Assembly: GCA_047495785.1 (NCBI GenBank)
Contig: JBLDXI010000031.1
Location: 1,992,235 to 2,056,234 of the forward strand
Source: Lepidodermella squamata
Taxonomy: Eukaryota; Animalia; Gastrotricha
Length of the DNA: 64,000 nt
Reading direction: 5' to 3'
Within the stretch, counting starts at the first letter, position 1. Every line of letters starts with the position of its first letter. A model generated the notes under the pieces. It ran no database searches, had not been told where the DNA came from, and was given only the letters and a program-made list of their open reading frames with translations. Shown one piece after another: positions 1-9,435 of the stretch. The translations under genes were made by a program, and so were the position numbers.

Positions 1-3000
1 CGCATATTTCTGATGACCGATATTACGCTGGCAGCCATAACAGGCTGAAACCGCTGTTTTCGCCACTTGCCCGTGTCGCCGCGGTTCGGCATCGTGCCCA
101 ACCAGTGCAAATCACTCATGTTCGTGTGTCATTCGTTTGTGGCAGCAACGCCATGCACGTTTGCAGGCGATTCAGGCACATCTCAGGTGACGCCTATTTC
201 GCTGCAAGCCGCAGAAGGCTGGAATCGTTGTGTTCAGCTCTTGTACGTACCGCAGCTATGCGGAAACGGGCTGAAACCAGGTAAACCATGCACATTCGCG
301 CTTCATTCGATAGCGGCAGCAAGCGCAAACACGTTTGCAGCCGATACGCGCATATTCCGGGTGACCGATATTTCGCTGGCAGCCATAACAGGCTGAAACC
401 GCTGTTTTCGCCACTTGCCCGTGTCGCCGCGGTTCGGCATCGTGCCCAAACAAGGCAAATCACTCATGTTCGTGTGTCATTCGTTTGTGGCAGCAACGCC
501 ATGCACGTTTGCAGGCGATTCGGGCACATCTCAGGTGACGCCTATTTCGCTGCAAGCCGCAGAAGGCTGGAATCGTTGTGTTCAGCTCTTGTACGTACCG
601 CAGCTATGCGGAAACGGGCTGAAACCAGGTAAACCATGCACATTCGCGCTTCATTCGATAGCGGCAGCAAGCGCAAACACGTTTGCAGCCGATACGCGCA
701 TATTCCGGGTGACCGATATTTCGCTGGCAGCCATAACAGGCTGAAACCGCTGTTTTCGCCACTTGCCCGTGTCGCCGCGGTTCGGCATCGTGCCCAACCA
801 GTGCAAATCACTCATGTTCGTGTGTCATTCGTTTGTGGCAGCAACGCCATGCACGTTTGCAGGCGATTCGGGCACATCTCAGGTGACGCCTATTTCGCTG
901 CGAGCCGCAGAAGGCTGGAATCGTTGTGCTCAGCCCTTGTACGTACCGCAGCTATGCGGAAACGGGCTGAAACCAGGTAAACCCTGCACATTCGCGCTTC
1001 ATTCGATAGCGGCAGCAAGCGCAAACACGTTTGCAGCCGATACGCGCATATTTCTGATGACCGATATTACGCTGGCAGCCATAACAGGCTGAAACCGCTG
1101 TTTTCGCCACTTGCCCGTGTCGCCGCGGTTCGGCATCGTGCCCAACCAGTGCAAATCACTCATGTTCGTGTGTCATTCGTTTGTGGCAGCAACGCCATGC
1201 ACGTTTGCAGGCGATTCGGGCACATCTCAGGTGACGCCTATTTCGCTGCGAGCCGCAGAAGGCTGGAATCGTTGTGCTCAGCCCTTGTACGTACCGCAGC
1301 TATGCGGAAACGGGCTGAAACCAGGTAAACCCTGCACATTCGCGCTTCATTCGATAGCGGCAGCAAGCGCAAACACGTTTGCAGCCGATACGCGCATATT
1401 TCTGATGACCGATATTACGCTGGCAGCCATAACAGGCTGAAACCGCTGTTTTCGCCACTTGCCCGTGTCGCCGCGGTTCGGCATCGTGCCCAACCAGTGC
1501 AAATCACTCATGTTCGTGTGTCATTCGTTTGTGGCAGCAACGCCATGCACGTTTGCAGGCGATTCAGGCACATCTCAGGTGACGCCTATTTCGCTGCAAG
1601 CCGCAGAAGGCTGGAATCGTTGTGTTCAGCTCTTGTACGTACCGCAGCAATGCGGAAACGGGCTGAAACCAGGTAAACCATGCACATTCGCGCTTCATTC
1701 GATAGCGGCAGCAAGCGCAAACACGTTTGCAGCCGATACGCGCATATTCCGGGTGACCGATATTTCGCTGGCAGCCATAACAGGCTGAAACCGCTGTTTT
1801 CGCCACTTGCCCGTGTCGCCGCGGTTCGGCATCGTGCCCAACCAGTGCAAATCACTCATGTTCGTGTGTCATTCGTTTGTGGCAGCAACGCCATGCACGT
1901 TTGCAGGCGATTCGGGCACATCTCAGGTGACGCCTATTTCGCTGCGAGCCGCAGAAGGCTGGAATCGTTGTGCTCAGCCCTTGTACGTACCGCAGCTATG
2001 CGGAAACGGGCTGAAACCAGGTAAACCCTGCACATTCGCGCTTCATTCGATAGCGGCAGCAAGCGCAAACACGTTTGCAGCCGATACGCGCATATTTCTG
2101 ATGACCGATATTACGCTGGCAGCCATAACAGGCTGAAACCGCTGTTTTCGCCACTTGCCCGTGTCGCCGCGGTTCGGCATCGTGCCCAACCAGTGCAAAT
2201 CACTCATGTTCGTGTGTCATTCGTTTGTGGCAGCAACGCCATGCACGTTTGCAGGCGATTCGGGCACATCTCAGGTGACGCCTATTTCGCTGCGAGCCGC
2301 AGAAGGCTGGAATCGTTGTGCTCAGCCCTTGTACGTACCGCAGCTATGCGGAAACGGGCTGAAACCAGGTAAACCCTGCACATTCGCGCTTCATTCGATA
2401 GCGGCAGCAAGCGCAAACACGTTTGCAGCCGATACGCGCATATTTCTGATGACCGATATTACGCTGGCAGCCATAACAGGCTGAAACCGCTGTTTTCGCC
2501 ACTTGCCCGTGTCGCCGCGGTTCGGCATCGTGCCCAACCAGTGCAAATCACTCATGTTCGTGTGTCATTCGTTTGTGGCAGCAACGCCATGCACGTTTGC
2601 AGGCGATTCAGGCACATCTCAGGTGACGCCTATTTCGCTGCAAGCCGCAGAAGGCTGGAATCGTTGTGTTCAGCTCTTGTACGTACCGCAGCTATGCGGA
2701 AACGGGCTGAAACCAGGTAAACCATGCACATTCGCGCTTCATTCGATAGCGGCAGCAAGCGCAAACACGTTTGCAGCCGATACGCGCATATTCCGGGTGA
2801 CCGATATTTCGCTGGCAGCCATAACAGGCTGAAACCGCTGTTTTCGCCACTTGCCCGTGTCGCCGCGGTTCGGCATCGTGCCCAAACAAGGCAAATCACT
2901 CATGTTCGTGTGTCATTCGTTTGTGGCAGCAACGCCATGCACGTTTGCAGGCGATTCGGGCACATCTCAGGTGACGCCTATTTCGCTGCAAGCCGCAGGA

Positions 3001-5243
3001 GGCTGGAATCGTTGTGTTCAGCCCTTGTACGTACCGCAGCTATGCGGAAACGGGCTGAAACCAGGTGAACCATGCACATTCGCGCTTCATTCGATAGCGG
3101 CAGCAAGCGCAAACACGTTTGCAGCCGATACGCGCATATTCCGGGTGACCGATATTTCGCTGGCAGCCATAACAGGCTGAAACCGCTGTTTTCGCCACTT
3201 GCCCGTGTCGCCGCGGTTCGGCATCGTGCCCAACCAGTGCAAATCACTCATGTTCGTGTGTCATTCGTTTGTGGCAGCAACGCCATGCACGTTTGCAGGC
3301 GATTCGGGCACATCTCAGGTGACGCCTATTTCGCTGCAAGCCGCAGGAGGCTGGAATCGTTGTGTTCAGCCCTTGTACGTACCGCAGCTATGCGGAAACG
3401 GGCTGAAACCAGGTAAACCATGCACTTTCGCGCTTCATTCGATAGCGGCAGCAAGCGCAAACACGTTTGCAGCCGATACGCGCATATTCCGGGTGACCGA
3501 TATTTCGCTGGCAGCCATAACAGGCTGAAACCGCTGTTTTCGCCACTTGCCCGTGTCGCCGCGGTTCGGCATCGTGCCCAACCAGTGCAAATCTCTCATG
3601 TTCGTGTGTCATTCGTTTGTGGCAGCAACGCCATGCACGTTTGCAGGCGATTCGGGCACATCTCAGGTGACGCCTATTTCGCTGCGAGCCGCAGAAGGCT
3701 GGAATCGTTGTGCTCAGCCCTTGTACGTACCGCAGCTATGCGGAAACGGGCTGAAACCAGGTAAACCCTGCACATTCGCGCTTCATTCGATAGCGGCAGC
3801 AAGCGCAAACACGTTTGCAGCCGATACGCGCATATTTCTGATGACCGATATTACGCTGGCAGCCATAACAGGCTGACACCGCTGTTTTCGCCACTTGCCC
3901 GTGTCGCCGCGGTTCGGCATCGTGCCCAACCAGTGCAAATCACTCATGTTCGTGTGTCATTCGTTTGTGGCAGCAACGCCATGCACGTTTGCAGGCGAAT
4001 CGGGCACATCTCAGGTGACGCCTATTTCGCTGCAAGCCGCAGGAGGCTGGAATCGTTGTGTTCAGCTCTTGTACGTACCGCAGCTATGCGGAAACGGGCT
4101 GAAACCAGGTAAACCATGCACATTCGCGCTTCATTCGATAGCGGCAGCAAGCGCAAACACGTTTGCAGCCGATACGCGCATATTCCGGGTGACCGATATT
4201 TCGCTGGCAGCCATAACAGGCTGAAACCGCTGTTTTCGCCACTTGCCCGTGTCGCCGCGGTTCGGCATCGTGCCCAACCAGTGCAAATCACTCATGTTCG
4301 TGTGTCATTCGTTTGTGGCAGCAACGCCATGCACGTTTGCAGGCGATTCGGGCACATCTCAGGTGACGCCTATTTCGCTGCAAGCCGCAGGAGGCTGGAA
4401 TCGTTGTGTTCAGCCCTTGTACGTACCGCAGCTATGCGGAAACGGGCTGAAACCAGGTGAACCATGCACATTCGCGCTTCATTCGATCGCGGCAGCAAGC
4501 GCAAACACGTTCGCAGCCGATACGCGCATATTTCGGATGACCGATATTTCGCTGGCAGCCATAACAGGCTGAAACCGCTGTTTTCGCCACTTGCCCGTGT
4601 CGCCGCGGTTCGGCATCGTGCCCAACCAGTGCAAATCACTCATGTTCGTGTGTCATTCGTTTGTGGCAGCAACGCCATGCACGTTTGCAGGCGATTCGGG
4701 CACATCTCAGGTGACGCCTATTTCGCTGCAAGCCCCAGGAGGCTGGAATCGTTGTGTTCAGCCCTTGTACGTACCGCAGCTATGCGGAAACGGGCTGAAA
4801 CCAGGTAAACCCTGCACATTCGCGCTTCATTCGATCGCGGCAGCAAGCGCAAACACGTTCGCAGCCGATACGCGCATATTTCGGATGACCGATATTTCGC
4901 TGGCAGCCATAACAGGCTGAAACCGCTGTTTTCGCCACTTGCCCGTGTCGCCGCGGTTCGGCATCGTGCCCAACCAGTGCAAATCACTCATGTTCGTGTG
5001 TCATTCGTTTGTGGCAGCAACGCCATGCACGTTTGCAGGCGATTCGGGCACATCTCAGGTGACGCCTATTTCGCTGCAAGCCGCAGGAGGCTGGAATCGT
5101 TGTGTTCAGCCCTTGTACGTACCGCAGCTATGCGGAAACGGGCTGAAACCAGGTGAACCATGCACATTCGCGCTTCATTCGATCGCGGCAGCAAGCGCAA
5201 ACACGTTTGCAGCCGATACGCGCATATTTCTGATGACCGATAT
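1..5243. repeat. Satellite array, left arm: ~15 copies of a 348-bp unit (2 x 174-bp diverged monomers)
   Basis: Near-identical sequence recurs every 348 bp (ORF starts at 67, 415, 763, 1111 ...). There is an internal 174-bp period: CACGTTTGCAG occurs at 156, 330 and 504. The array runs off the left edge of the window. Confidence 0.99.
5240..5243. other. Target-site duplication ATAT (left copy)
   Basis: The uninterrupted satellite reads GACCG-ATAT-TTCGC. Here it reads GACCG-ATAT-[element]-ATAT-TTCGC. Every other unit serves as the empty-site control. Confidence 0.92.
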
Positions 5244-5271
5244 CGATGGTTTTGCGCTAAAACAGGCCGAT
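5244..5271 (+). repeat. Left terminal inverted repeat CGATGGTTTTGCGCTAAAACAGGCCGAT
   Basis: Matches the reverse complement of 9404-9431 (CGATGATTTTGCGCTATAAGGAGCCAAT) at 15 of the first 16 positions and 22 of 28 overall. Confidence 0.93.
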
Positions 5272-7150
5272 AGGCTGCATTCTGATATACGCCCATAAAA
5301 GCTGTGCGGAGTATATGCGAGTATATGGTTATACACAGGGCTAATAGCATTTTGGTGCATGCACAAGAGAATGCACTCAGACGAGAGCGATCGATTCTTC
5401 CGCAGTAATATGGTATATTTGCGCATTTTGTTCTCTTGTTTTTTCATTTTTATCATCATTCTTTCTTAGATCTCCCGCATCATTTGTGCTGAAAGTAGGA
5501 CATTGAAAGCATGTGCTTTAAATTACCCACGATTTTAGTCATTCTGACCTGGTCTGTTCATGGGACGGAGTAGGAATGTTTTCCATAGTTATCCATTCTA
5601 AATCGCAGCATAATTTTCTTCTAGAATGATTAGAATCTCCGATAGATTGATAGAGGCTTCTTTAGGATTCTTTAGGAGTTTAGTGAAATCTGAGCTTACC
5701 ACAAAGTTGAACTCCTGTTTTGAGGTTTCAGCAAAAATAGGGTAGAAAGGTTGTTTTGGCTGAGATTCCGAAAGTGGCTGCTGGCTACTCTGTTAGGAAA
5801 ATATTCCATTATTTCGTTGTTGTCGCGTTTATCAAGCTGATAATGTGGTTTGGGCTCCTGGATAATTTGAAACTATCGCCCTTTTCCTCAAACAACCACC
5901 TACAAAACCCAACACAACTTCTGATCAAAGATAGAAAGCCAAGTTTGTCGGTTTGGGACTCAAACTCCGCCTAGCTACTTGGACGGAAACTATGGACTTA
6001 TCGATCGTGCGTGAATCCTACAATCTACTTACGGTCGAAGGTCGAAGCCTTACGAACAATCCAAACAGTCTCTTAATTAGATCTAACCAGAAGTACTCTT
6101 TATTGCCTTATAAAATTTAGCATTTGGTATCAGACGCATGCCATCTTCACAATGCTTAGGAGCCGACTATTCCCATGATTGCTTTGGCCGCTGAGTAGCC
6201 ACATCTTTACCATATATTACCGGTGAATGGCGGCCCATTCCAGAAGGGAGGATTTGCTTGGCGGTTTTACGCTTCCTGTCAACCCTTCCTGTCAGCTTGA
6301 TAAACGCCGCATTCAATGCATAGATGATTGATGTTGCGGTTATTGGGATTGACCAGGTGATTTTGAGATGCCTAGGCCGCTCGATCACATGCTACTCACG
6401 TGCTAGGGTCAGCTTTTATACGACTGGGATAACCCCATCCCTAGTTTCTGCTGCAGTAAAAACTAACGCGATTCATTGAAATTTATGGTTTATGTTTTGG
6501 CTGATAAATACCTTTCACAGCAATATACAAAGTGAACCTATCGCTTTGTTATGACATAAAGCTCCCGATTACTGGCCACTTTAACTTCCATCTTTACTTA
6601 GTTGGGCAATCCTTCATCGGTAGCTGTAAATCTGAGGTCATACAGCCTTAGATCAAGAACAGAACTTCTCAGATTGGCCATTCGGCTTTCGACAACTCCC
6701 TTGTTTTCTATCCTTGAAATTTTAATTTATAATGCTTGTCATCACATTTAGGACTAAAGCATTTAACGTTTCATTTTTAACAACGATTTGAGCTGATGAC
6801 TGATAACGACAATTGGCTGAAACAGTTTCCTCCGGGGATAGTGGATTCTAGGCACCGCCCATCCAAACAAGCGATGGAAAGAAAACTCAAGCGCAACTCT
6901 GGAAAACCCTACCGTCAGTCAGATAAAGGGGTTGGCGCTAAGTTTAATTCCGGTCGTAAGCCTGTTTACTTCAAGTGTGGTTGCTGGCGTAAATGCTCCT
7001 TGAAATTCGATGAAAATTCAGTCAAACAATGCTTTAACACTTACTGGTCCCGAGCATCTATCGACGCTAGACGAGCATTCATCAACCGTTACGTCAGTTA
7101 TAAAAAGAAACGAGAGAATGGTCCTCGAAGATTTGATTATTACTTACCAG

Positions 7151-7187
7151 GCAACTACTTGGCAACCCCTTCGCCTTCACAATCTAG
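7151..7187 (+). other. Putative 37-nt GC-AG intron in the transposase
   Basis: CCAG|GCAACT...CCTTCACAATCTAG|GGAAG. Removing it joins ORF 6796 to ORF 7010 in frame, giving RRFDYYLP-GKSFEVCRSFFL. A simple frameshift is the alternative explanation. Confidence 0.5.
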
Positions 7188-8311
7188 GGAAGTCATTCGA
7201 AGTATGCAGGTCTTTCTTTCTGAAGGCGCTCGATGAAACTCGCGCTTTTATAAACACAACTGTTGAGAAAAAAGTCGAAGACGGCTTCTACATCATACCA
7301 GATCAACGCGGTCACCATAAGCCGCCGAATACCACCAGCGATAATTCTTACAAATTTGTTTATCAGCACATCACTTCTTTCGAGCGATTAGACAGTCATT
7401 ATGCGAGAAGTCAAACTAGCAAGCAATATCTCGGGTCCGCGCTCAATCTGAGGGAAATGCATAGAATGTACTGCATAGTACACCAAAATTGGGCTCTGCG
7501 TACTGATAAGAAACCCGTCAAATACGCTACTTACCGATCCATATTCAAGAGATCTTTTCCCAATCTCGCTTTCAGTCATCCCAGGAAGGACACCTGCAAG
7601 AAATGCACACGATTTGCGACTTTGCCGGATGAACTGTTCACCCATGAAGTGATCGTGGAGAAACGAAACCACGAATCCAACAGAGAAATGCAAGAGGTGC
7701 CAAGAATGCTGACAAAATTCTAGCAAAACAGTCGAAAGGATTGATCTTGTGCATCCAGTTTGATATGCAGTCAATCCTCGAAAGCCCTTGCTGCTCGATA
7801 ATTTACAAAAAAAAGTTCCACACCTCAAACCTGACTCTCTACGATACTTCAACAAAAGATGTCTACTGTTTCATGTGGGATCAAACAGAAGGGGGTCGTG
7901 GGACGGATGAAGTTGGTTCATGTCTCTATAAATTCATCACTGAAATGATTCCTGACGAAGTTGAGCAGTTGATTCTATGGAGCGACAGCACTGGAAGCCA
8001 AAACAAATCTCAGTACATTGTCAACGCTTTATTCGCGGCCTTGTCCAATTGCAAAGGTAATCTCAAAGTCATCGATCACAAGTTTTTCGAGCCGGGCCAC
8101 TCGCAAATGGAATGTGATTCCGTGCATGCCACTATTGAAAGGGAAGCTAAGAAACGAGTCAACATCAGCTATTCAAAGGAATGGAGAGAAATCGTGGCCG
8201 CGTCGCGGAAGGCTCCGATTGATGCTGATCTGAGACTCGAAGTGTTCGGTGAGGAAACGCCAAACCGCTTGAAAGTGAAACCATACAGCATAACTGAAAT
8301 GCAATTTGAAG

Positions 8312-8686
8312 TCGCCTGTTTTCCTTCTCAACGCTCGCCTGCCGCCCGGCCCTCTCCCTGCCCCCCAGTGTTAGTCTCCCTCCTCTGTCTTCTTCCCTTC
8401 CTGCTTATTTTCTTATCTCCTCTCCTTCCGTCCCCTACTTTCTGTCTCTGCTTTCTTACCACTAGTCACTAGTCTTCTGTCTTATACTGTTTTTCACTGT
8501 GTCTGATAATCCGCTCCTGGTGATAACTTCAGTGTGTGCCCGTCCGATGTTCTGAGTGGCGCACTGTCCCGGACAAGCGCCTTGTCGTCTTGTGCCCGCG
8601 CCTTTTTTTTCATCCCTTCCATCCTTTATATTTTCGTTTTTCGTTAGGCCTGATTAATTTGCTGAAAAAAAGGACACAATAAAAAG
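8312..8686 (+). mobile_element. Nested ~375-bp insertion in the transposase; possibly the 3' end of a non-LTR retroposon
   Basis: Composition shifts abruptly to C/T-rich. The segment ends in CAATAAAAA, and AAG is present at both junctions (8309-8311, 8684-8686). Removing 375 bp restores ITEMQFE-AFASFFSFDK in frame with the C-terminal ORF. In-frame stops lie inside it (e.g. 8470-8472). Confidence 0.6.
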
Positions 8687-9354
8687 CTTTCGCAAGCTTC
8701 TTCAGCTTTGACAAGTCGCAAAAGTTCGCTCAGTATTTGCAAGACGAACAGAAAAATGATGTTAAATGGTCGGAGCCATGTTGGTTCAGATACGAGAAAG
8801 ACTACCGTAATTATCTCCAAACCAAGAAAACTTTTGACTTGGCTTTTCATACTTTCGTCGCCAAGCGCTACAACAAAGACGTCATTTTGTTTCCTTTCCA
8901 ACTTGTTCAAAAATACGAAAAGCGATTGCCGATCGAATCCAGTCTTAAGAAGGATCTCATCGAAATGGTCAACAAAGGCACCATTCCAGAAGCTTATCGC
9001 TCAGTCATAACGGCTTACGAAGAAGACGCAGACAAACCTACTGCTTGCAGCATTGACGCTAAACCTCCGCCGTGACATTACGCCCTCGAAGCTTGAAAGG
9101 ATATGACTACTTGAAAGCGTTTCAAAATTATTAAAACAAGCTTATTGTTGAGAGTTTGAACTGTGTTTTACTCGAGCTGTCTAAGAACGATTCAGTCCAT
9201 GAGTTTCTGAAACGTTTCCGCCATGATTATCGCGGAATTCCCAGCGCAGATACCTCAGAATGACCGCAATATCGAAGATATTTGTTGGTCATTATTTGTC
9301 CAGTACATATATTTTTTTCACACAGAATACAATGGGCTATATCTTACTACATGT

Positions 9355-9385
9355 GTGCGTAGTACTATTTATAGTGCGTAGTACT
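9355..9385 (+). repeat. Subterminal direct repeat GTGCGTAGTACT x2
   Basis: Exact 12-mers at 9355-9366 and 9374-9385, just inside the right TIR. Confidence 0.7.
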
Positions 9386-9403
9386 CTGGATAGGAATTTT
9401 TTC

Positions 9404-9431
9404 ATTGGCTCCTTATAGCGCAAAATCATCG
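9404..9431 (-). repeat. Right terminal inverted repeat
   Basis: ATTGGCTCCTTATAGCGCAAAATCATCG; inverted partner of 5244-5271. Confidence 0.93.
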
Positions 9432-9435
9432 ATAT
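9432..9435. other. Target-site duplication ATAT (right copy)
   Basis: Directly follows the right TIR (...CATCG) and precedes satellite TTCGCTGGCAGCC. Confidence 0.92.

Larger units (their letters stand above)
6796..9075 (+). pseudogene. Sola1-like DDD transposase, disrupted (~622 aa when reconstructed from 6796-7150, 7188-8311 with +1 A at ~7687, and 8687-9075)
   Basis: Four colinear + strand ORFs carry the motif order I recognise from this family: RNSGKPY, CGCWRKC...FNTYW, YYLP/VCRSFFLKAL, DQRGHH, SHYAR, YRSIF...NLAFSHPRKDTCKKC, FDMQ (D at 7762), CFMWDQTEGGRGTDEVGSCL, WSDSTGSQNK (D at 7984), GHSQMECDSVH (D at 8116), VKW...WFRY, LPI...KKDL...IPEAY. The true start codon is uncertain because upstream exons are possible. 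Confidence 0.85.
5244..9431 (+). mobile_element. TIR DNA transposon, Sola superfamily (Sola1-like), 4188 bp, both ends intact, transposase disrupted
   Basis: Non-satellite, more AT-rich segment bounded by inverted repeats and a duplicated ATAT. It contains a transposase with a three-Asp catalytic core. A 4-bp AWWT target duplication and short TIRs are established Sola1 features. The family was assigned by motif recognition, not by database search. Confidence 0.88.

Noticed and set aside
10-51. Hammerhead-ribozyme-like CTGATGA...GAAAC in the repeat (retrozyme hypothesis)
   Set aside because: CTGATGA is only one of several variants (CGGATGA, CGGGTGA) and is absent from the right half of the array. 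No stem II closes directly between it and GAAA, and I found no core on the minus strand. An Infernal search with hammerhead models would settle it.
254-271. CENP-B-box-like GGAAACGGG
   Set aside because: It matches only the 3' half of YTTCGTTGGAARCGGGA. The essential TTCG is replaced by CTAT (6 of 9 core positions), and many units carry the CGGA variant.
5238-5243. 6-bp TSD CGATAT instead of 4-bp ATAT
   Set aside because: The CG at 9430-9431 is needed to complete the right TIR, pairing with CG at 5244-5245, and ATAT fits the Sola1 AWWT rule.
5756-6388. Small ORFs in the transposon 5' region (5756-5974 +, 6167-6388 -) and the antisense ORFs at 7388-7855 and 8644-8910
   Set aside because: They are short, several have non-ATG starts, none has a recognisable motif, and the antisense ones are shadows of the transposase.
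8311-8472. Hydrophobic, transmembrane-like C-terminus of ORF 7741-8472
   Set aside because: It is read-through into the pyrimidine-rich nested insertion. The real C-terminus continues at 8687-9075.
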